Source: Abditibacterium sp.
GTDB taxonomy: Bacteria; Armatimonadota; Abditibacteriia; Abditibacteriales; Abditibacteriaceae
NCBI GenBank assembly: GCA_965246885.1
Contig: OZ251992.1
Location: 576,001-640,000, forward strand
DNA: 64,000 nucleotides
Direction: 5' to 3'
Positions within the stretch are counted from its first letter, which is position 1. Each line of letters opens with the position of its first letter. The notes below the pieces were generated by a model that was not told where the DNA came from, made no database searches, and saw only the letters and a list, made by a program, of their open reading frames with translations. Position numbers and translations under genes: made by a program. Below, one piece after another: positions 30,175 through 37,863 of this stretch.

Positions 30175-33030
30175 TTACTTCGCCGGGTTTTGGTCGCCGT
30201 CCACCCATGCGGTGCGGGTGTAGTCGGACGCGGCGGCGGCTTGGTTGAAAGCGCGTAGGCGGTAGGCGTAGGAGTGACCTGCTTGGGCTTTGGCGTCCGT
30301 CCAACTGGTGGCTTTGGTTTGCGCGGCGACGCTCCACTCGCCCCAGCCGTTCGGCGTGTGTTCCATGCGCTCGATTTTATATCCGATGGCGCCTGCACTG
30401 GGCTTCCACCCCAGAACTGCGCCGGTTGCCTTGAACTCTTCGGGGGGTTCGGGCGCGTCGGTCACGGAGGGTTTCCAGCGCAGCATAACGACGCCGTTGT
30501 TGGTGTAGTTGGTTTGGAAGATCAGATACTCGCCGTTTTTGCGGGGCAAAACGCGCAGTTCGTTGGGGCCGTCGTAGATGGGCGCGGTGCCCTGTTCGCC
30601 GACGATGGTGGTGCCGACGTAGCTCAAGTCGCTTTTGCGATAAACGCGGTTGACCATGTGCTTGAAGTAGCCCACGAACAGGTAATCGCCGCCCAGAGTC
30701 ACGAGATATGGCTGGTCGTCCGGTTCGCCGGAAATGCCCTTGTCACCGTAAGGCAAGGCGAGTTCGTCTATTTTGTCGAGGCTGTTGCCGTTGACTTTGT
30801 ACCTCACGAGCAAGCGACCGCTTGGCGCGTTCTGGCCGAGGGTGTTGGGATAGTCGTTGTTGAAGCCGAAGCAATACAGCGTGTTGCTCGCGCGGTCGTA
30901 GACGAGGCGCTTGATGGAGCCGAAGCCGCCATAGGCTTTGCTACTGGCGTTTGGGGTATCGAAGGGCGCGGGCACTTTCCACTCGTGGTTGCGCGGCGAG
31001 TTCCAGCCCCAATGCGGGTTGCCGTGCGCGTCGAGCTTGGAGGGCGCCAGCATCCGTATCTTTTGCGCGCCCTCATCGAACAGCCAGAAGTTGCCCGCGT
31101 CGTCGAAGTTGGACGCCATCAGCCAAAGCGACGGCTCGGAGTCGTATTCGTTCGCGTCCATCTTGCCATCGCCGTTGAGGTCGTTCCAAATCCAGTGGCC
31201 ACCTTCGATAGGTTGATTGGGTGGGCCGAGGGCGTTGCCGGATAGGTAACGAAACGCGGCGACGGGCTTCCAGATGTTGCCATCGGTCGCCGGGTCATTG
31301 CGGTATACGCCATAGCTGCTTTGGCCCGCGTCCGATTCGAGGAAAAACTGGCGCCCGCCAATGGTGCAGACGCCCTGAATCCGCATAGCCAAACCCGTCA
31401 AGCGCGGGTCGTGCGGATACTTTTGTCCGTCTATTGTCGTGGCGGCGATCTTCCACTCATTGCCCGCCAACTTGGAATAGTTCATCGAGAAGCGGTAGTT
31501 CTCGGTCAAGACCTGCGTCTCGTCCTGCGGAAGGGGAAGGGCAGTGTCGAAGGTGGTGACGCCTTGCAGTTGCCAGCGCAGCTTGCCAGCCGGGGTATAG
31601 GACTCGATGCGCGAGCCACTCACGCCCGACTGCCCGACCATCGCCACATACAGGTTGCCCGCGCCGTCCGTCCCGATGTCGCGCACCGTGTCGAAGCGGA
31701 GCGGCCCAAACTGGCCCTTTTGCGCGGCAGATCCCGCGAAGATGCCGCCGCGTTCGCCAAAGCGTCCGCCTTGGCCAAAGGAGGCATCGAGTTGCGGCGT
31801 TCCGTCGAGGTGGTTGTAAGCGAGCACTTGCTGGTCGGCGCCGTAGTGGGACACGAGCAAACGGTCGTGCGCGCCGTCGTAAGCGATACCCGACGGCTGC
31901 TCGACATCGGAAATTGCGGCGGGGAGCTTACGGCCATCGGGCGAAAAGCAGACGATTCGCCCCGGCTCGTTGCTGACGGCGTAGGCATATAGGCCACTGA
32001 TGGCGAGTTTCTTGTCCGGCGCCGCCAAAACGCGCACATAGCGGTAGGGCTTGGCATCGTTGACGGTGAACCACTTGTCGGGCCATCCGCCCAGTTCGGA
32101 CTTGATCGCGCGCCAGTCCGTCCACGTCTTTTGATCGTTGGAAGCCTGAATAGTGGCGCCTGCAAACCCCTCGCCCGCATTGACGAACTGCAACGCGGCC
32201 AGCGTTTTCGGCGCCCCCAAGTCGAGGCCGATGAAGCCGCCGCCCTCGCCCGCCACAAAGCTGCTTTTGTCGCCCCCGTTCAGCTTGTCGGCCTCGTTGC
32301 CCGCCACTCCCGCCGAGCCGAACGGTTTGGCGTCGGCAACCTTTTGTGGGTCTAACATCGCCGTTTCGATGGCCCACACATTCCCGCGCTTGTCCACTTC
32401 GAGACGCGTGGGGCGCTTGGTGTTGAAGTTGCCCGCAGGCATCGTGAGCGGCTTGCCGTCGGCGAGGTTGAAAACGCGGATGTTGCCTTTGGCGTCGGAT
32501 AAATAGAAGCGCCCGCGCCCTTCATCTATCGCCAACCCCTTGTAAGCCGTGACGCCCGCGCCCTCGTCCACGTGGTAGTCGTGCCCGGCGCCCTCGCCGT
32601 TGACGTGGCCGTTGATGGCGTAGCCGGGGGTGCGGTCGAAAACGGTAACGACGCCATTGCCACGCGCATACACAGCGTGCTTATCGGACACCGCAACGGA
32701 ATAAACGGGGTTGAACAGGAACGGCGAATCGGTCGCCCAGTCGCCATTGTGGTAGACGCCCGACGAGTTCAGGCCCTCCTCGTAAGCGCTCGACACGAAC
32801 ACGAACCCATCCGGCGAGACCGCGCAATCGTCGAAGTAAGACGCCATAAAACGCCGCCCCGCTTGAAAGAAGTTGCCGCCAAGCGGCCCCGGATTGAGCG
32901 TGTTGCCCACATAAGAGGTGGTGACGGGCAACTTGCGGTGCGGGATACCCGTCTTGGGCGGCGAAACCAACTGCGCGCGGGCGCACCCGGAAAGCACCAA
33001 GAGCAGGGAAGGCAAAAGAAATCGCTTCAT
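30175..33030 (-). CDS. Large secreted protein: NHL-like propeller with inserted discoidin-like domain and C-terminal FN3-like domain
   Basis: Signal with 'LSGC'; 'GFIGLDLGAPK...IQASND...YRYVRV'; 'DIGTDGAGNLYV'; 'WNDLNGDG'; 'LGWK...GYKIER...WTD...YAYRLRAFN'. Confidence 0.6.
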   Translation of the reverse strand: MKRFLLPSLLLVLSGCARAQLVSPPKTGIPHRKLPVTTSYVGNTLNPGPLGGNFFQAGRRFMASYFDDCAVSPDGFVFVSSAYEEGLNSSGVYHNGDWATDSPFLFNPVYSVAVSDKHAVYARGNGVVTVFDRTPGYAINGHVNGEGAGHDYHVDEGAGVTAYKGLAIDEGRGRFYLSDAKGNIRVFNLADGKPLTMPAGNFNTKRPTRLEVDKRGNVWAIETAMLDPQKVADAKPFGSAGVAGNEADKLNGGDKSSFVAGEGGGFIGLDLGAPKTLAALQFVNAGEGFAGATIQASNDQKTWTDWRAIKSELGGWPDKWFTVNDAKPYRYVRVLAAPDKKLAISGLYAYAVSNEPGRIVCFSPDGRKLPAAISDVEQPSGIAYDGAHDRLLVSHYGADQQVLAYNHLDGTPQLDASFGQGGRFGERGGIFAGSAAQKGQFGPLRFDTVRDIGTDGAGNLYVAMVGQSGVSGSRIESYTPAGKLRWQLQGVTTFDTALPLPQDETQVLTENYRFSMNYSKLAGNEWKIAATTIDGQKYPHDPRLTGLAMRIQGVCTIGGRQFFLESDAGQSSYGVYRNDPATDGNIWKPVAAFRYLSGNALGPPNQPIEGGHWIWNDLNGDGKMDANEYDSEPSLWLMASNFDDAGNFWLFDEGAQKIRMLAPSKLDAHGNPHWGWNSPRNHEWKVPAPFDTPNASSKAYGGFGSIKRLVYDRASNTLYCFGFNNDYPNTLGQNAPSGRLLVRYKVNGNSLDKIDELALPYGDKGISGEPDDQPYLVTLGGDYLFVGYFKHMVNRVYRKSDLSYVGTTIVGEQGTAPIYDGPNELRVLPRKNGEYLIFQTNYTNNGVVMLRWKPSVTDAPEPPEEFKATGAVLGWKPSAGAIGYKIERMEHTPNGWGEWSVAAQTKATSWTDAKAQAGHSYAYRLRAFNQAAAASDYTRTAWVDGDQNPAK

Positions 33031-33040
33031 GAATACAGTA

Positions 33041-33085
33041 AGACACAAAGCAACGCGGCGCGTTTCGCAAAGGAAACGCGCCGCG
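33041..33085 (-). terminator. Hairpin downstream of DUF1559 gene, near-identical to 29057-29102
   Basis: Same 13-bp stem and flank. Confidence 0.7.
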
Positions 33086-33105
33086 TGCGCCGCAATTGCT
33101 GAGGC

Positions 33106-33882
33106 TTAGGCCGCGCTTGGCCACCACAGGCGCCAGCTGGTTTCCGGCGTGGGAGGCGAAATGATAATGGTGTGCCGCAGCCACTTCACGTGGCCATCAG
33201 CGAAGAGAACGTTGCCGCCCTCGAAATGGCGCGAGTGGGGAAGGGCGACGTTGTTCACGTTGTTGATGTGGCATGGGGCGCTGGTGAAGTTATACCACGT
33301 CATTGTGTAGCCGCCTTTGAATGGCCCGCCGCCGCCGCCGTAGCCACCGCCTAACGCGGGGTTGGGGTCGGCATCCAGACTGTCCTCGAACACGATACCC
33401 AATTCAGCAGCGTTGTTAATGGCTGCCGCAGCCCGTCCGACTTGACCGCCATTGTCGAGTTCGCCAGTGCCCTGCATAAGGGCCATGTTGTAGCCGTAAG
33501 ACAAGCGGTCGGCTTGCCCCGTTAGGACGGTGTTGTTGTCGGCATACTGATAGCTGGGGCAGTTGAATATCTGCTTGCTTTTGACGTAAGGGTAAATCAG
33601 ATTGGGCCAACCATTAAAACTGTTGGTGCAGCTACCAACGCAGGTCTGGTTTTCAACCGGCACATACCTTTCATCGTAATCTTGGGCGTATTGCACAATA
33701 CCCAAGCCAATTTGCTTGAGGTTAGACTGGCAGGAAGCGCGGCGGGCGTTCTCGCGGGCGCGAGCGAAAGCCGGGAACAAGATAGCTGCCAAGATAGCGA
33801 TGATGGCAATGACCACCAACAATTCTATAAGAGTAAATCCCTTAGCAGCGCCTCCTCCCTTTGTGTGAACGATGTGTTTCAT
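33106..33882 (-). CDS. Prepilin-type DUF1559 / H-X9-DG protein
   Basis: N-terminus identical to the 29122-30012 protein; '[16 protein letters not shown]'. Confidence 0.92.
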   Translation of the reverse strand: MKHIVHTKGGGAAKGFTLIELLVVIAIIAILAAILFPAFARARENARRASCQSNLKQIGLGIVQYAQDYDERYVPVENQTCVGSCTNSFNGWPNLIYPYVKSKQIFNCPSYQYADNNTVLTGQADRLSYGYNMALMQGTGELDNGGQVGRAAAAINNAAELGIVFEDSLDADPNPALGGGYGGGGGPFKGGYTMTWYNFTSAPCHINNVNNVALPHSRHFEGGNVLFADGHVKWLRHTIIISPPTPETSWRLWWPSAA

Positions 33883-34004
33883 GATGGTTAGTAGACCGTC
33901 GCGGTTCCCGCTTCTTGCCGCACACAGGCGAGCGAGGCCGGTGGCGGCTCAGGCCGATACACCACCAGTATGCCCAAATGCGGCTCCGTTCTAACAGTTG
34001 CGCG
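33713..34004. repeat. Direct repeat (copy B) of promoter, leader and pilin N-terminus
   Basis: Aligns to 29843-30134. Confidence 0.9.
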
Positions 34005-34109
34005 CCAGTTTTTTAGGGGCTTGTTGCTTCTTGCCGCTTTTGCTGTCCCCTACAAGCGTGCAAGCGGCAAACTCAACGTTTGCCGCTTGCAGGGGGTGGG
34101 CTAATCGGC

Positions 34110-35318
34110 TCACGCCGCCGCCGTCATTTGTGGCTCTTGCAGCAAGGCGCGCCCCGCGATGCCGTAGGAAGCGGCGCTTTCGGCCCCTATCTCGACGAGT
34201 TGCGGCGTAATCACTTGGCGCACCGGAGGCTCCGGCAGATGCCCCGCGATGCGCGCGAAGAGCATTTCCGCCGCCCGTTCGCCCAGTTGCGTGTTGTGTT
34301 TGTCAACGGTCGCCATCGGTGGCGTGGACTCGAAGGCGCGCGTGGGCGCTTCGCTCCAATAATTGTCGTAGCCGCCCAGCATCACGTCGCGGTTCGGCTC
34401 CAATCCCAGTATCTTGAGCGCCGCCGCCAGCAAGGGAACATGCCCGTCGGACGCGGCCAGCAGCACGTCGGGGGTTTGGTTCTTGAACGACTTTTGCAGC
34501 GCTGTCGCCAGTTGGCTCGCGGCGCGCTCGAAGGCGGCGGCGTTTTTGGGCAGGGCAGAGGTCGGTGGGCGAAGCGTGGGAAGGACGCGCAGGTTCGCTT
34601 CTTCAAGTGCCCGTTCGTAGCCCGCCTGCCGCAACGCGAACCAGTAGCCATCCGCCGGTGCGAACCACACGTTCTGGATGCGGCGCGCGCCCCGATTGGC
34701 GAAGAACTGCGTAAGAGCAAAGGCCCCGGCCTCATGATCGGACACCACGCGGTCGCAGTGTTTGAACGCCGGATGGTCGCTCATGGCCACGACCGGAATC
34801 GCGTGTTGTTGCAAACCGCCCAGTAGCTTGTGCAGGTGCCCCTCGGCGCCGGGCAGGTCGGTAATAAGCATCCCCGACAAGTGCCGCATCGCCAGTCGCT
34901 CGATGTCTTCGGCGACCACGATCTCATCCACGAAGCGGCGCGGATGCAGCGTCAGGACGTGGTGCTCGTGCTCATGCACGCCGTGCGAGGCGCCCGCGTC
35001 CACCGCCTGCGTCCACCCGGAGGGGCGCAGGTCTATCGCTTCGAGCGAGTGCGGCGACAACAGGGCGACCGTATCGCCCTTGGGCGCGTTTTTCTTTTCG
35101 CCCGCGATGAACGTCCCGACGCGCGGCACGGAATACAGTAGACCGCGTGCCGCCAGCTTTTGAAGTTCAAGGTTCACCGAGCGCAACGACAGCCCATGCC
35201 GCGCCGCCAATTCGCGCACCGGTGGCACCAAAGCGCCCGCGCGCGCGCCTACTCGTGTCCCGCTCAATTCTTCGTGCAAAGCCTGCTTGCGCTGAGATAC
35301 ATCCAAACGTGTCGACAT
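34110..35318 (-). CDS. GntR-HTH plus LacI-type substrate-binding-domain regulator
   Basis: 'VPPVRELAARHGLS...LAARGLLYSVPRVGTFI'; 'VVSDHEAGA', 'DVMLGGYDN', 'ATVDK'. Confidence 0.85.
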   Translation of the reverse strand: MSTRLDVSQRKQALHEELSGTRVGARAGALVPPVRELAARHGLSLRSVNLELQKLAARGLLYSVPRVGTFIAGEKKNAPKGDTVALLSPHSLEAIDLRPSGWTQAVDAGASHGVHEHEHHVLTLHPRRFVDEIVVAEDIERLAMRHLSGMLITDLPGAEGHLHKLLGGLQQHAIPVVAMSDHPAFKHCDRVVSDHEAGAFALTQFFANRGARRIQNVWFAPADGYWFALRQAGYERALEEANLRVLPTLRPPTSALPKNAAAFERAASQLATALQKSFKNQTPDVLLAASDGHVPLLAAALKILGLEPNRDVMLGGYDNYWSEAPTRAFESTPPMATVDKHNTQLGERAAEMLFARIAGHLPEPPVRQVITPQLVEIGAESAASYGIAGRALLQEPQMTAAA

Positions 35319-35360
35319 AAATTATCTGCTCAAACTCCCCGGACAAAAATATACATCCTC

Positions 35361-35390
35361 ACTATACCCGCTTGCACCCCGTTTCTAACG
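35361..35390 (-). promoter_or_regulatory. Putative promoter CGTTAGAA-N16-TATAGT
   Basis: Same spacing as the DUF1559 and GH5 promoter motif. Confidence 0.5.
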
Positions 35391-35443
35391 CGGTGGAAAA
35401 AATTCTTTCCCGGAAAGTATGACGCACCGCCGCCCTCGCTTCA

Positions 35444-35537
35444 CCGCCGTCTGTCATTGCCCGGCGCAGGTCTGCCATCGTTCCGCCGTCGTCTGTCGAG
35501 CAGTGACAGACGTCCGGCGAGCAATGACAGACGGCGG
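35444..35537. repeat. Palindromic 21-nt-period element (GTCTGTC / GACAGAC cores)
   Basis: 17-bp outer inverted repeat; cores at 35449, 35470, 35491 and inverted at 35505, 35526. Confidence 0.8.
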
Positions 35538-35667
35538 CGGAACGAAGGATTACCTCCGTCATCGCGTCGCCGCCCTCCCGCACCGTCTGGCAGAAGGCGG
35601 GCAGCGCCACTTCTCTGGCAAGCATCCCAAACCAAGGCCGCGCCGCCCGCTCAAACTGGAAGGCGTT

Positions 35668-36333
35668 ATGCGCGTTCTCATTGTAGAAGACACGCCCGCC
35701 GTCGCGCGGCTTTTGCGGCAATCGGTTTCCGAGGCGGGCTATGCGCCCGAAGTCGAGACCGATGGCATCGCGGCTTTGGCGCGCGCCAAAAACGACCAGT
35801 TCGACCTCATGCTCCTCGACTGGATGCTGCCCGGCATGTCGGGCCTCGAAGTGTGCCGCTCGTTGCGCAAAGAAGGGCACAACACGCCGATTCTGATGCT
35901 TACGGCGCGCGACACCACCGAAGACAAAGTGGCGGGGCTGGACGCGGGCGCCGACGATTACATCGTCAAGCCGTTCGCGGTCGTGGAACTTTTGGCCCGC
36001 ATGCGCGCCCTGCTCAGGCGCGGCGCCGCGACGCCCACCGCGTTCCAAGTCGGCGACCTCACCCTCGACCCCACCACCCGCCGCGCCAATCGCGCCGGAA
36101 AAACTATCTACCTGTCCGCCACCGAATACACCCTGCTCGAATACCTGATGCGCCACGCCGGGAAAACCCTGACGCGCACCCAACTCCTCGACCACGTGTG
36201 GCAATACGATTTCGGCGGCAACGACAACGTCCTCGACTGCTACATCTCCTACCTGCGCCAAAAAATAGACAAAGGCGCCGACACCCGCCTCATCCACACC
36301 GTGCGCGGCGTGGGCTTTCGACTGGGAGAGTAA
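35668..36333 (+). CDS. OmpR-family response regulator
   Basis: 'MRVLIVED', 'LLDWMLPG', 'GADDYIVKPF', 'IHTVRGVGF'. Confidence 0.95.
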   Translation: MRVLIVEDTPAVARLLRQSVSEAGYAPEVETDGIAALARAKNDQFDLMLLDWMLPGMSGLEVCRSLRKEGHNTPILMLTARDTTEDKVAGLDAGADDYIVKPFAVVELLARMRALLRRGAATPTAFQVGDLTLDPTTRRANRAGKTIYLSATEYTLLEYLMRHAGKTLTRTQLLDHVWQYDFGGNDNVLDCYISYLRQKIDKGADTRLIHTVRGVGFRLGE

Positions 36334-36334
36334 T

Positions 36335-36407
36335 GAACCCAGAGCGGGGGAGACGGGCACGCGAAACAGTCAGTTATGGGCGTGCCCGTCTCCCCCGCTC
36401 TGGGTTC
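36335..36407. repeat. 28-bp perfect inverted repeat between regulator and kinase genes
   Basis: 36335-36362 pairs with 36380-36407. Confidence 0.85.
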
Positions 36408-36415
36408 TTCCAACA

Positions 36416-37765
36416 ATGAACTGGCGTTCAATGCGTGCCCGCGTGACGACGGGTTTTGTGGCGGCCTTTGCGCTTTTGCTTTTGGTGACGGGCGCGAGTT
36501 TGCTGTTGGTGGCGCACATCGGCGCGCGCGATCGCGTGCAAACGCTGCTCAAAGCCACCAAGAGCGAGTTGCAGGGCGATTTGCAAAACCACCAAATAGA
36601 TGCGCGCGAGCCAGCGCAGATGATGCGCCTCGACGCGGCGCAGTTCCGTAAGTCCGACCTGCTCTTGCTGGTCTACGACGAGCGCGAGCGCTTGGTGGCG
36701 TGGTCGAGCCGCCACCCGCCGCGCCCCGACGAAGAACGCGGCTGGATGACGACGTCCATTCCCAGTGGCGGGCGGCGCATCGTGCTCGCGTTTCCTTGGG
36801 CGCGGGCGGCGCGCGAACTGAACCGCCTCGCGTGGTCGCTGTTTGCGGGCGCGCTGATCGTGTTGTTGGCGGTTGCGGTGGGGTCGTGGGTGTTGGTGGG
36901 CCGCGTTTTGTCGCCCATTGACCGCCTCGCGGAACTGGCGCGCACGGCGCCGGTTGAAACCGCGCGTTTGCAAGCGCCCTCGGAAGATGTCGAGGTGCAG
37001 CGGTTGGTCGGCACGCTAAACGACTTTCTGGCGCGCTTGCGCGAGTCCAACCGCGCCAAAGACCGCTTCTACGCTGCCGCCTCGCACGAACTGCGCACGC
37101 CGCTTCAGGGGCTGGCGGGGTTTTTAGAGATAGGCTTGGCCCGTCCGCGCGAGCGCGACGAGTTGGTGGAGATACTGCGCGAAGCGCAGGGCCAGTCGAA
37201 GCGGCTGGTGAAGCTAACCGCCGATCTGCTTGCGCTCAATCAGTTGGAAAGTGCCGCCGACAAGCCTTCATCGGAGGAAAGCGAGATGGACGTGGCCGAC
37301 GTGGTGGAGCGCGCGGTGGCCCCCTTGGAAGGTGCGCGCGCAGCGCGCAGTTTACAGCTTGCGCTCGACCTGCCGGGAGACGCCGCCGCCGAGATACTGG
37401 CGCCTTGGAGCCACGTCGAGATGCTGGTGCGCAACCTCGTGGAGAACGCGCACAAGTATGCGCCCGACGGCGGGCACATTGAGATCGCGTGGCACGAGGG
37501 AGCGCTGCGCGTGTGGAACACAGTCGCGTGGAGCGACTCCGACCAGAAGCGCGCGCGCGAACGCGGGCTGAACCGCTTGTTCGAGCCGTTCTACCGCCTC
37601 GACGCTTCGCGCGAAGGGCAAGTGACCGGCAACGGGCTGGGTCTCGCCATTTGTCATGCCATTTGCGGCGCCAACGGCTGGAAGATTGCCCTGCGCCCCA
37701 CGCGCGAGGGCGACGAAGCCGGACTGGAAGCGCGGGTGGAGTTTAAGCAGCACACAAGCGACTGA
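36416..37765 (+). CDS. Membrane sensor histidine kinase (HAMP-HisKA-HATPase)
   Basis: Two TMs, 'ASHELRTPL', 'NLVENAHKY', 'LFEPFYR', 'GNGLGLAI'. Confidence 0.92.
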   Translation: MNWRSMRARVTTGFVAAFALLLLVTGASLLLVAHIGARDRVQTLLKATKSELQGDLQNHQIDAREPAQMMRLDAAQFRKSDLLLLVYDERERLVAWSSRHPPRPDEERGWMTTSIPSGGRRIVLAFPWARAARELNRLAWSLFAGALIVLLAVAVGSWVLVGRVLSPIDRLAELARTAPVETARLQAPSEDVEVQRLVGTLNDFLARLRESNRAKDRFYAAASHELRTPLQGLAGFLEIGLARPRERDELVEILREAQGQSKRLVKLTADLLALNQLESAADKPSSEESEMDVADVVERAVAPLEGARAARSLQLALDLPGDAAAEILAPWSHVEMLVRNLVENAHKYAPDGGHIEIAWHEGALRVWNTVAWSDSDQKRARERGLNRLFEPFYRLDASREGQVTGNGLGLAICHAICGANGWKIALRPTREGDEAGLEARVEFKQHTSD

Positions 37766-37860
37766 AGTCGCAGCCAGCGAGAGCGTCGGCCTTTGCCGAC
37801 GGGGTTGCTGCTACTTGTCGGCGAAGGCCGACGCTCTCGCTGGCTGCGACTTCAGTCGCT
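37757..37860. repeat. REP-like inverted repeat, 44-bp arms, GCGACTGAAGTCGC core
   Basis: Same core as 11855-12037; contains the TGA stop of the kinase. Confidence 0.85.
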
Positions 37861-37863
37861 CGC

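Noticed and set aside
29843..34004. Diversity-generating retroelement TR/VR pair
   Set aside because: Differences are mostly synonymous third positions of all base types rather than adenine-specific, and there is no reverse transcriptase in the window.
35160..35667. ORFs across the regulator intergenic region
   Set aside because: They translate the 21-nt repeat element and promoters; the response regulator starts at 35668.
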